Shown: piece after piece, positions 1 through 48,876 of the stretch
How the letters are laid out: the number at the start of each line of letters is the position of its first letter
Numbering within the stretch: the stretch's first letter is position 1
NCBI RefSeq assembly: GCF_009914755.1
Contig: NC_060940.1
Strand: one strand, 5' to 3'
DNA from: the human T2T-CHM13v2.0 reference genome, Homo sapiens
DNA length: 64,000 bases
Made by a program: the position numbers and the translations under genes
The notes under the pieces: generated by a model
Database searches by the model: none
Seen by the model: the letters and a program-made list of their open reading frames with translations, nothing else
What the model was told of the DNA's origin: nothing

Positions 1-3150
<3,150 letters not shown>

Positions 3151-3841
3151 CACATAACATTTCTTCATAGGCCAAATAATTCTAGAGTCAAATGCAAAAG
3201 CAGCATGAATTTTTAGATAAAACCCGACTTTATGTTCACTGTGCTTCTTTACTAGCTGCATCTCCCCAGATGAGATATTCACTGCCTTCTACCATTGGAA
3301 GTTCTTTGGTGATTGGACAAGAGATTGATGCTAAAAATATATATATTTTAAGCTCTTTGGCTGAAATGTTTGAAATGCAGTTAGCTATCCATTTTTTCTT
3401 ACAGAAGCATATTTTTCCTCTGAAGTTATTACTGTTAATTTACTTATTTCCTAATCAAAATCATATCTTTTTGATACATATAACCTCTTGGGAGCATAGA
3501 GGAGCTCATGGAAAATTAGGGCCACGGTTCATCCAGCCCAGTATCTTGGCCAGGCCCAGATGCTCACGCCTGTAATCCCAGCACTTTGGGAGGCCGAGGC
3601 AGGAGGATTATTTGAGCCCAGGAGTTCAAGACTGGTATCTTGTCTGACTGTGATACCAGGGGTCATTTTATGGGAAAACAGAATGGTCTGTATTTCACAG
3701 ACTATAATCTTGCTTTGAAATGTCTATATCCAAAAACTGCTGATTGCTTTTATAAGTTTCTCTTATCAATGAGCACAAATTCCTGACATTTTTGTCTGAT
3801 AATGTAGTTACTTTTGATCTCTGCTCTGTTTGTGGTCCTAG

Positions 3842-20693
<16,852 letters not shown>

Positions 20694-22608
20694 GCAACAA
20701 AAAATCAGAAAAGAGCCTTGACTGTCACAAGAAATATTTCCACCTCAAAAAAAAAAAAAGCACAAAAAGAAACTCTTTGCTCTCCTTCAGCACAGTGCCT
20801 TCCCAAGGACCTGCAAATAACTGCTGAACCATAACCGTGTTTAAAGAAGAGCCTACCTTTCACAGTCTACCTTGGCCAGATATTCTAGCACTCTAAAAGG
20901 CTCCAAAATGAAGCTGTTGATTTATTCTCATTTCAAAATATGGTTTATGAGTAATTAGGTTTATTTCTACTGCTAAAAAGAATGGCTCATTGTTTTCTTT
21001 TTTTTTCATTGTTTTCATTTTTAGACATAATCAAATACCCAAGCATTGTTTTCTTTTTCTTCTCCCTGTAGGATTTGTGTTGTGCTTAGCCTTGATCTCT
21101 TGTTCAGAACAATTGTCCCTTCCCAGGTGCTAGCTTGCAGCAGCCTGTTGCTTCCTGAGCATTCCAGATAGGTCGTATGTCTTGGAATTTACTGTCCTCA
21201 CTAGCTCCTTCCACCATAGGAAGTCCTTGAATTGTATCACCAAAGGGTTGTTCCATTTGCCCTGGATCTCCCTCTATCTCAGCCTGGCCATCACTTCCCA
21301 CCTTATCCCAAGCTTTGCCACTGTCTCTAGGACTTAGAACTTGTAAATTTGATTTGCCTTGCCTTCTACTTCCTTTCTAGTGGTGACTGAGTTGAAAAGC
21401 AAGTTGGAAGCCACTGCTTTTAAAGAAAAGTTTTGCTTGGTTTAGGTTTTTCCAATTTTATTTTTGTTAGGAGCCAGGGGATAAGATTTATTTTAAATGA
21501 AAATCCTCTTCCTAGGTTAAGCCATTTTTTTTATTGCTTACCAAATGTGCCTTTGGTTAGGGTTAGTGGAGCTTTATTAGTCACTATTTGAATAACTGGA
21601 AATCACTGCCATTTCCAGGAGATCACCTATCCTAGTTTTGAGGAATAGTCATTGAGGTGGGTTTCCTTAATGGCATCTCTTCTAGTAGGCAGATCTGTTT
21701 GAACAAGATAAATCCTAAAGAGCCAGCCTGCTTGAGGAGTAGACTTGGTGGGTGAAGCCAGCAATTCCGCACAAACGTCATGTTGAATTGTTTTGGGCTG
21801 CCCAAAAACAACAGGATGCAGCATCCTGGCTGTGGCCTGGCCCTTTGTGGCAGCAGTGGCATGGACAAGCAACTGCTAATTCGAGACTTACTATTGGCTT
21901 CACAGCACACCCTACAGTGAGCAGGGTGATGAGACCGTGGAACAGCTACCTGCTTTTGGTTAAGATTGCCAGATATCATTAGGACACAGTAGCAGCAAGA
22001 ATGCTGATTTTGTAGTGTTAGAAAATGAACTCAGCTTGTTTTTCCTAATTTTGAAGGTGGTATATATCTGCAAACATTTAAAATGGTATAATATCATATA
22101 AAATGTCAAAATTAGCACAGTCCCTGGATCTCAAAGAATAGGTAATATTGACTTGGATGTTCTTTATGCTCTCTGAAGAAAGGTCTAGGGAAAGTTCTTG
22201 TTTGCTTGATTGATCAAGAGTGCCACGGAAGAATGTGAGCGCTGTGGAGGGTGGAGGAGGGTGTCACTTCAGATGGGGCAGGCACAGGGGGAGAAAAGAA
22301 GAGAAAAACACACCTGTGTGCAAAATGAGCTATTTGGTTTCAGTGCGGCCTGACCGATGGGGAGGACCCATGAGCAGAGAGAGTTCTAGGTCAACATTGT
22401 AACTCCATTGTCCTCCTTCACCCATAAGTCAGTCCTCCTTCCTCATTACAGTGAAACCAACAATATGCAGAGGTTGGGGAGAGATGCCTGTTCTTCCCCC
22501 AGCTTCATATAATTGTCAAAGTTCCAAAAATGAATTATCTGAACTGCTTAAAACTGGAAATTAAAATCTAGACAAGAATATGTCTTTCAAGAGCTTTTTA
22601 TGTTTTGA

Positions 22609-22936
<328 letters not shown>

Positions 22937-24425
22937 CACAATAAATTTTCATTTCAGGGAAGGAAAAAAATCTCTTGAACGTCCAGAAATGATTTCTGGA
23001 ATCAGAATTTCAATATGTAATACCCTCAGGTAGGCAATCTTGAACCCTCTATGCAGTGAGAGCATTATTAATATGAGATGTTGAATGATGCCTTTACAGA
23101 CTTCAGCAGCAAAGCCATTTGGTTGAGGTTTTCTGTGTTAATGTGAAAAGCTAAGCCACTGAGATTTGCAGGGGAGCTTCTGAGCCACCCTGCTTGTTGG
23201 TTATATGAGGATGTAAAATAGGTGGAATTAAAATGTGAGCAGGAAAGGCAAGGCATGTGTGCATTTTCATTCATTTTGGTCAAGGTTAAACTGACATGTA
23301 TAGCACTGAGGTCTGTAGGGTTCTTAATATCTTTTGAGTCTTGCTGTGAAATGAAAGTGTGGGAGGTTTCCTTTGTCCATTAGCAGCCCCAAGAACCAGA
23401 ACCCTTTTGCTGCTTTTCTTACATACCTAACAGCTCTCCAATCATGATGACCAAGGTTGTTCTTCAATCAAATGTGTTTGTGGGATTTTCAGTCCGCAAA
23501 TGAAGTGCTCTCTAATGAATGGGACACCATGATAAATATGTATTTATATTTAGATGCCAAAGTATGGCAAATTATTTCCAAATGATAACTACAAATGGGA
23601 ATTTTCGATATTCTACCTTTTTTATAGAACCAGCTCACTTTTCATTTCTTTTTCATTTTGAATTAAGAAAATTGTTGAGGATGTGGTGGGTTCCAGTGTG
23701 TGGAATGGAAAGGAAACTGCAGAATAGTGTCTGCTCCCCATTCAGAGGGACTGCTTCCTGTGCCCCCCAGACCCGGGGCTTCGACAGCTTCTCCACATTC
23801 CACACAGATGCCTAGGAGCAGCGAGTTGGTATATGAAAAGTCTCCCACCTTTTCTCCTAAAACTTCTCTCCTTTCTCTCCATAAAAAGAAAAGGAAAGGA
23901 ACAAAAGAAAAACATTCAGTTTTTCTTTTTCTGAAAAAGGTAAGTCCTTTCCTGAAGTCATCAAATGAAACATTATCTGGAAATTAGTTTCTAATGTTGT
24001 ATATGAAGAAATACTTAAATATAAGTTCCTGCAGTATTTATTAGATAGTTGTAACTGTAAACTCACCTCCCTAGTAGATAAGAGTTTCAGGTTAAATACT
24101 GGAACATATATAGGCAGTCAAAAATACTACTTTAAATGTCATTCACCTATTTTAAAGCCATGTTTTAGCACTTTTTAGGCCAAAGAAGGTCTGATAGTGC
24201 CTGTTTTTATGTTCTGTACTCTCACAAACTTTGTTACTCAAAATTATTGCATGGCAGGAGAGATTGGATTATTTATTTCTTATATTTTTATAAGTAAAAA
24301 AATCTTTCTAAACAACAAATACCTAACATTATTACTGATTGTTTTCCTAATTTATCCTCCTAAGTTGAATGGTAACAAAGCTTTTCCAGCTGAATGAATG
24401 CACTTAGCTGATAAACCAGAATTTG

Positions 24426-24737
24426 TTCTTTTTTTTCCTTCTTTTTTTTTTGAGACAGGTTCTCACTCTGTCACCGAGGTTGGAGTGCAGTGGTATGATC
24501 ATAGCTGACTGCAGCCTCAACCTTCTGGGCTCAAATGATCCTTTCACCTCAGCCTCCTGAGTAGCTGGGACCACAGGTGTGTGCCACCACACCTGGCTAA
24601 TTTTTATGGATTTTTTTTTCTTTTTTTTTTTTCGCCATGTTGCCCAGGCTGGTCTTGAACTCTTGGCACTCAAGCAGTCCTTCTGCCTCAGCCTCCCAAA
24701 GTGCTGGGATTACAGATGTGAGCCACTGCACCTGGCC
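24426..24737 (-). mobile_element. AluJ in the SNTB2 3'UTR (antisense)
   Basis: Alu consensus. Confidence 0.9.
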
Positions 24738-26423
24738 CCAGAAATTATGCTTAAAAAAAAATTTAAGCTGTGTGGAATCTGGACAAGGCTATGTTTCTCC
24801 TAGAAACAGGTTTTGCTGTAAATGGTTTTGATGGGCGAAAGTGTGAGAAAAGGTTATAATAGATTCTTTTTTTTAATTTTGTGAGAAATTCCAGGTCTTC
24901 TTGCTTAACTTATATGCATGTGGATATATTTGTTTTCAAAGCCATGGAAGAATCTCTGTTCATATATTTTAATGCAAATTACCTTGTATGCTGCTATGCA
25001 AATTCTATTAAAAGGCCTACCTGCTTAAGAATTAAACATTTTTGAAACTTTCAGGGAAGACCTGTAGACTCAAGCACTTTCTCTGCTTTTTTGTATCTTA
25101 TCTTGGACACTTATGCTGAATTATGTTCTTATTATTTTCACTGGTTATAAGCTATTCCTTGTACATAATATTTAAACTATCCAAATATCCAGCATACATT
25201 TCCATGTGGCTGCCATCGGCTGTTGATGCCATGAATGAAATGGCTGGTTAGAAAGCCAAAGGTCTTCTTTTTTCAATTCCTAATGAATAAGTAAAATGCC
25301 AGATCTCTTTGGTCTCAAAGCAAATTGCTCTGATCAGATCAAATATCTATGTAATGAAAAGAGACTTACTTAAATTTGGGATTCTGCTTAAACTTTAAGT
25401 TGAATTTGACTGTAGTCATTCATTCTTTTTATATATCTCTGTCAGGTATGACATTAATTACCAGGTGGTATTATACTCTACTTTGAGTTTGGACATCACT
25501 TTCAGTTAAATTTCTGTTGTTATTGTGGCTTTTTTTTTTTTTTAACCCCACTGAAGATGGAAGTAGAGCAGTCTGCCATCTCCTGCTGTTCTTTCTCTGT
25601 GCCCCCTAATTGCTTGGTAATCTAAAATTATTCTGACTTTCCACATACTGTCTTTAAAAACCAATTGTAGCAATCTGCCCGCCTCCACCCTTTAAGCTAA
25701 ATCTTTCACTGTGCTGGATACATAGACACTCGATAAATGTGTGATGATAGTTCTAAAATAATTATGCTATATATCAGGGTTCTGTATTTTTGAGCAATAT
25801 CATTATTCCTATGCTGTGATGTTAAATGGAATTTATTTTACACTAGTAATAGACTGCTTAAGTGGCTGATTTGAAACCTTTCTCTAAAAAAACAAAAACA
25901 TCTGGCAGATGAGTGACACAAATTCATTCTCTTAAAGGATAGAATTTCAAGTTAAGGATAAGGCACAATAAATAGGCACATAGAGGACATCTGTTTTTGT
26001 TTTTGGTTTTGGTTTTGTTTTTTTTTGTCTCTCTGACTAGCTAAACTGCCAACTAGAAGAATGGTTGTTATGTAGTAACTCAGAAGAATCTTTTAATAAG
26101 TTTCTTCTTTTGTTTCAAAACAAACTTGAGCTTCATTTCTTGCCACCTCTATTCTTTCTTCCCACGTTGGGTGACTGAACTGATGCTTATTCTAGTTTTA
26201 GAAGAGGATCCACATTTAATGTAAGGCATAAATATGCCTTTTGCAAATTATTGCTTGTTCTCCAGTGAACATTTGATCATATTCAACAGAAATCCACCAT
26301 ATAAACCATAATCCTTGAATTGCCCCTTTTAAAATAGATTGGTTAAAACCAAAAACCTATAAGAGAGAAATGATATTTCATTGTATTGTAGGTTTGGGAA
26401 TCCTGGTTAGATTTATAATTTCT

Positions 26424-26763
<340 letters not shown>

Positions 26764-28799
26764 TCAGTTTGCAATAATCTTACGTCCATGCTATTGACAC
26801 TAATTTTGAAACTGGAAAGCTAATTAATGACATATTCATGTGTTCTTTCATCTAATAAACATTTATTAATGTATAGTTCTACACCAGGCATTCTGAAGGG
26901 TCCAAAAGAAAGTTCCTGCCCTCTAGTAGCACATAATCCGTTATTTCTCAGCACACCATGCCATCTGTTTATCATTCAGCAGTTAAGTAATTCATCACTT
27001 CATATTTTTACCAAAGTATATTTACAAGTCTGTTTATCTGGATCTGGCAAACTGGAAAATGTTTGAAGGGATACTCAGGCTTTGATCCATGCCAACATGA
27101 AAGGACTCCAAGCACATTTAAGTAGGCTGGTCTTTTCATCATGCATGATTTTTTTTTTAGTGCAAATTTAGACTTTAGTTTGGGAAAGAGAACAGTATAC
27201 AGTATCCTTTGTAAGATAAATCACAACAACAAAAATTAAGTTTTATTGCACAAAGTAGATAAATGAGAAAGTCTTTCTTAAAAAATGCTTCTTAACTGTA
27301 ACAGCAAAACTAAATGCATATTTTATCAACCCCTTATTTCTAATTGCTGTATTCATTTCCACCCTTAAACTATTTAAGCATTTCATCTGCTGAAAGTCCT
27401 TATATACATGGTAGACGGAATATTTCTCCATTAATGATAGATCAAAATGAAGATATTTAAAAATTAACAAAATCAGGCCAAGGCAGGAGGATCACTTTAG
27501 CCCAGGAGGTCCAGACCAGCCTGGGCAACACAGCGGGACCCCGACTCCATTTAAAAAATTAAAAAAAAAAAAAAAACTTTTAACATTTAAAAAATAAAAA
27601 TTAACAAAATTTCACTTATTCCAGGACACGCTGGCATTTGGACTCAGTGAAAAGGGCACCTAAAGAAAATAAGGCTGACTGAATGTTTTCCATAATTTTC
27701 ACACAATAACAGTCCCTTTCTATCCAGCTTGCCTTCCATTTATCTCTAGGGTTAGCTTTTCAGGCAACATCCTTGGTCATTGCCCAGAAAGTACCTGAGC
27801 TATCAGTGATTGGAATGGCACAGGAAACCGAATCACATGGGTGCCCTCCCCTTGGTTTTCAAGTATCTTGGAGTTGTGCACAAAAATTAGGTCATGCCTT
27901 CAGTGTCTTGTTCTTTAAACCTACCCTTTGACAATCAGGTGCTAATGATTGTATACTATTAAAACTAGCACATAAGTATTGTAAATGTGTGTTCCTCCTA
28001 GGTTGGAAGAAATGTCTTTCCTTCTATCTGGGTCCTGTTAAAGCGGGTGTCAGTTGTGTCTTTTCACCTCGATTTGTGAATTAATAGAATTGGGGGGAGA
28101 GGAAATGATGATGTCAATTAAGTTTCAGGTTTGGCATGATCATCATTCTCGATGATATTCTCACTTTGTCGCAAATCTGCCCTTATCGTAAGAACAAGTT
28201 TCAGAATTTTCCCTCCACTATACGACTCCAGTATTATGTTTACAATCCATTGGATGAGTGCAGCATTATAAGACCTTGGTGCCCAGAAAAATCTGTCCTT
28301 TTTGGTACCAAACCTGAGGTCTTTTGGAAGATAATGTAGAAAACCACTACCTATTGAAGGCCTGTTTTGGCTAATCTGTGCAAACTCTGATGATACCTGC
28401 TTATGTGGATTCTTTTCCACACTGCTTTCATTTTTAAGTATAAAGACTTAGAAAACTAGAATAATGCTTTTACAAATAATTAAAAGTATGTGATGTTCTG
28501 GGTTTTTTCCTTCTTTTTAGAACCCTGTATTTAAACAAGCCTTCTTTTTAAGTCTTGTTTGAAATTTAAGTCTCAGATCTTCTGGATACCAAATCAAAAA
28601 CCCAACGCGTAAAACAGGGCAGTATTTGTGTTCCTAATTTTAAAAAGCTTTATGTATACTCTATAAATATAGATGCATAAACAACACTTCCCCTTGAGTA
28701 GCACATCAACATACAGCATTGTACATTACAATGAAAATGTGTAACTTAAGGGTATTATATATATAAATACATATATACCTTTGTAACCTTTATACTGTA

Positions 28800-28805
28800 A
28801 ATAAA
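28800..28805 (+). terminator. SNTB2 distal polyadenylation signal AATAAA
   Basis: ctgtaAATAAAaaagttgctttagtc followed by gtgggttttttt. Confidence 0.75.
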
Positions 28806-29113
28806 AAAGTTGCTTTAGTCACGTGGGTTTTTTTTTTTTCCAATTTTTAAAATGCTGAAATAGTTTTGAACCTACAGGAAAGTTACAAAAACAATACAAA
28901 TCTTCTTCACCCAAACCTTCCAGTTGTTAACATTTTGCCATATTTATTCCATTACCTTGTCTTTCTCTAATATGATTCTCTAGCACCCTTAAATTCTCTA
29001 GTGAGGACCTCCAAAACATAAGGACAGTCCTTGCATTGCCACCATAAAGTCCTCCTAATCAAGAAATCAACATTGGCACACCACCACTCATTCCATAGAC
29101 CCCATTCAAATGA

Positions 29114-29792
<679 letters not shown>

Positions 29793-29795
29793 TAA

Positions 29796-30579
<784 letters not shown>

Positions 30580-31265
30580 TCAATCAGTCAATCAATCCAA
30601 GCAAAACAAAACTGGCTTTGAACAGTCAGCGGCATCCCACCAGGGATTGAGCCCCAGTGTGGGGCACACTCTGTTTACATTAGCTAGCTCATTTATTCCC
30701 CACAAAAGCCAGACAAGGCAGGTACTAATTATGATCGTGCGATATTAAACATGGAGAAACCAACGCTCTGATAAGTTCGTTTTATTGTGAGAATAAAACT
30801 GCTCAATGGGCGCTGTTATTCCAAGCGAGGTCAGGATTTCCGGATTCTACCCCGCTCCGCCCCTGGCCCCGCCCCGAGAATGTACGTCCCGCCAGGCCCC
30901 GCCCCGGCCTTGTCCCACCCACCCCGTCCCCGCCCCCTGTCCGTCTCGCCCTAGTCCCACCTCCTCGTCCCCAGTCAGTCCTGCCTCTCGAACCGCCCCC
31001 TGCCTTCGCCGAGGCAGGGAGAGGTGCCTGCAGTGCGAGCCGTGGACGCTAGGGGGCAGCCGCTCGGCTCGGGCCCGACCGCTCTGGGCTGCGCTCCTCG
31101 CTTGCCCTCGGACTCGGCTCCCGCTGCGAGCGGCCGCCCTGCCCGCGCACCGCGCTCAGCGCCCACCGCCGGGCTTCCCGCGCCGGACCCAGTACCTCGG
31201 CTCCCCGGGGCCGGACCGAGGCCGCAAGCAGCGCCGCGGGGTGTGGGGCGGACCCAGGAGATGAA

Positions 31266-44071
<12,806 letters not shown>

Positions 44072-44778
44072 AAGCTGCTTCACTTGGGCAATGGTGAAGG
44101 TGGGAGGTTGATTGGGGCAAATCCAGGCACTCCCCATGTCAACAGCCAGACAGGGCTCCAGGGCTTGTCCCAGTCAATACAGAGTTCCCTCTGCTGTCTG
44201 GCCGTCTGCCAGGGAGCCAGAAGGAAGGGCCTTGCAGCCACAGAGACACTCCACTGCCCTGGGGCACACAGTGGACACTGCTCTTCCTACTTCCTCCTCT
44301 CCTGGATGCTCATCAGCTCCTTCTGCCTCCCCCCCTTTTTTTTCCATCTTTTGTTCCCCTAAATTAATGCTGCTTGGATTTTCATCTTATTTATAAAGAT
44401 AAAATCACCTGGAAGTGTCAAGGAGTGGGGCGGGGTGGCGGGGGAGAAGCAGCCGTGCTGCCAGGTCACCCAGACCTCCAGACAGCCGGCTAGCCCCACT
44501 GCCCGTTCCTTTTACGCCCAAGTTTTGCTCCTTGAGAGCAGATTGGCTGATGCCCCTGCAACCCCAGCCCAAGCTCTGCCTCAAAGACCGAGTGACATAA
44601 GCCATTCCCACCCTCCTAGGTTCACATCCAGGGCTGTGTCTTCCTTGGGGGAGGAGATGGTGTCGTTTAGATCAGGGTAAGGCAGTCAGGCGGGTGTTCA
44701 CCACTGCCTTTTCTTCCTCTGAGCGTGAGAACACTGAACCCAGCCACTGCCCCTGGGTCCCTGTCCTGGAAATGGTCT

Positions 44779-44784
44779 AATAAA
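44779..44784 (+). terminator. VPS4A proximal poly(A) signal AATAAA
   Basis: First canonical hexamer I found after the stop, followed by a pyrimidine-rich tract. Confidence 0.7.
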
Positions 44785-45149
44785 TCCTTTTCCCTTCTTG
44801 AGCTACCCAAGTGATCTCATCTTTCCTTGACTCTTAACTGAGACTCTGAAGGGCCACCCTTGCTTCCAATTAAAAGACCCTCTGGTTTTCTGTCTCCTCT
44901 CTTTTCTAAAGCAGAGCAGGAAACAGAACACTGCAGTTCTTAGGCCTGTTCTCCAGTCAGGTGTGCAAGGCCTCCTCCCCTTAAGGCCTCAGAAGTTTGG
45001 CTGGGGATGTTTGTGGGATCCAGACAGTTCTTGCCGTTGTTCGGCCTACAGATCAGAGACTGCAAAGTGGGAGCCCTGCGTACCAGACCCGTCCTGCAGC
45101 TGTGTTTGTTTGGTTTGGTCTGCCGCTAACATTTAAAAGTCGAGAGTTG

Positions 45150-45491
<342 letters not shown>

Positions 45492-46608
45492 TTAGGTAAT
45501 GTTGGGCCTGCGTCCTCATGGGGCAGCCTGTCAGCGGCCACTAAGTAGAGGCTGCTCTGTACAGAAGGGGTCCCCCATCCCCACTCATCTGTGTTGCCTG
45601 CCCAGATAGCCCCATGGCCATTTCAGTTTGCGACCCCCAACAGACCAAGGACCCAGAGCTGGCAGCCCTGGACCCACGTCCGGCAGGCAGTGAAGCTGCA
45701 GAGGCTGTCCCACGTTTACCCCATGCATATAAACAGACCAAAGTCAAAGCACATTCACACAGAAAGACCTGGCCTAGTAAATGAAGCTTATAGCCTGCAA
45801 AGGGCTTTGTTCCAACCTTCCCTCTCCAAAACCCAGTACTGCTCCTCTACCTTTCAAACCTGGTTGGGCCAGAACTGATTACATGGCCAACTCTTGGCTC
45901 ACACTGGGCTTGCACTGGGCCATTTCTTTGCTCTGGTTCAGAGCCTCTGCAGAAGTGAGCTAACTTTGGATCAGTAGCTCCAACACTTGGCTCCAGTGCT
46001 GGCAGGTTACCCCTCAACCATAGCAGCTGGGATCTTTGTGGCTTGGGGGTGCTTGTTTAAGTTCTTGGTTATGTGCCCTCAGCCACCAGGATATGAACCG
46101 TGTCTGCAGAGCTTCACTTTAGTGAGCTTACAAGTTTTTAAATTTTTACTTCTAGTTACATTTACTTGAATCAGAACGTTGTTTCCTCATTCCTACTGCT
46201 TAAACACCTTGACAAGTCCTAGGGGTTAACAAAGGTTAGCATGGCTATGGTCCATCCCTGTGCTCTAGTTAGAGCGTGAAGACACCTGACTTTCCAGTTG
46301 TCTCTCTCCATGACCAGCAACAGGAACCACTGACGCTGAACTTTGGACAGTGGCCTCAGACTCTGGCTGCCAGCACACAACCTGCCATCATCGATGTTAA
46401 ACATGCTGACATGTGCAGAGGAGTTTCCTCCCTGAAATGCTCTGAAATTCACTTCTCTGCCTGGGGATTCTGTTATAAACCTTCTGCCTACATTGGCTTT
46501 CACTGTGGAAGTTGATTTCTAAAACTCTGATGAGCTCACAACGTTGACATGTATATGCGTTTTTTGTGAGTGCTTCCTGCTCAAAGTGGGAGAGATTTTA
46601 CTGGAAAT

Positions 46609-46632
46609 GCAATAAAGTTTGCATTTTATTGC
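46609..46632. terminator. Back-to-back poly(A) signals: + AATAAA 46611-46616 (VPS4A distal) and - AATAAA 46625-46630 (PDF/COG8)
   Basis: GCAATAAAgtttgcatTTTATTGC inverted repeat. Confidence 0.65.
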
Positions 46633-46826
46633 TACCGATGCCCACCACAAAAGCGTTAACCTCAGAAAGCTATAAGAAGCATCAAAAGATTGCCATAGCC
46701 CCCTGTAAGAGCTTCTGAACATTGTCCAAATGAAAGGAGGCTCAGCTGAATTCTAATTTTCCTAAAGACCCATGTTTTTAGCATCTATGAGCTTTCTACA
46801 AATCTCCCCATTGGCTGCATCTCTGA

Positions 46827-47942
<1,116 letters not shown>

Positions 47943-48718
47943 ACTTTCTTAAACCTACACATTGGTTGCTGTGATATTAATTCTATTTTTACAAAATAAG
48001 TGTATAACCAGGAAGTACTAATCCTGCTTTCTATGCCCAATTGTTAACAGGAAAGGGCTCAGTGCACTTCTCAATTGTCACCCCTGCCCCCAGCCCTGAT
48101 CCACGGCCTCTACCCCAAGAATGAGCCAAGAACCAGCTGCTCTAGGGATCTCAGCAGCAAAATCCTGCCCAAGGCTGTTAAAATGTGTGGGCACTCATTT
48201 ACACTCGTGCTGTCATGAAACACATCCTTGAACAGGGACTATTCTGTTTCATTTCCATAAGCAAACTGGCGTCTAAGGCCACAAGCCCTCCGTAAAAATA
48301 AGAACTCGGCACAAATGGCCAGTCACATGCTTACCTGCATTTTTAAAGACAGCTTTCAGGTATTTGGGGACTACATTATTACCAAACCTTGGCTTTGGGA
48401 GATTATACAGGTCCGAGGAACTCGTGTCTACTGCAGACGAATGCAATTACCCCACCTTCCTCCATACAGAATTGTTAGGAAATGTCCACTCCTTTGGGGG
48501 TGATTTTTCTCCTCAAGTTGTAGCCAACATTTTGTCCGTAACTGATTTCAGGGCAAACATTTCTGACATCTTCCTCCAGCTCAGTCTGCCATGCCTTGGC
48601 AATCCAGTTTCCTGTCATATGCGAGCCATCCAAGTTGATGCCAAGTAAGATTTGCCCAGCTCAAAGTGAAAGTGTTTGCGTCTTGGTATCCGGAATCCTC
48701 AGCCCCAGTAGCAAAGCT

Positions 48719-48876
48719 TTAGTCATTCACCTTCATCCAATAGACGTTTGTGAACGTCCTGCTGTCCATTTTGTCAATAAACAGGCAGCCCTGCAGGTGG
48801 TCCATCTCGTGCTGGATGATGCGGGCTGCCCACCCGCTCGCCTGCCACACCACCTGTTCTCCATTGGGGTCCAGCC
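48719..48876 (-). CDS. PDF: PDF exon 2 coding part (HEXXH motif); also the COG8 terminal 3'UTR exon
   Basis: ttgcag|GGCTGGAC; [10 protein letters not shown]...WMKVND*. Confidence 0.96.

Noticed and set aside
20747-20759. Apparent early 3' end of SNTB2 just after the stop
   Set aside because: Genomic A-run without an upstream hexamer; would cause oligo-dT internal priming artefacts
28118-28420. Overlapping ORFs in unique SNTB2 3'UTR sequence
   Set aside because: Short, with no recognisable domain or splice/promoter support
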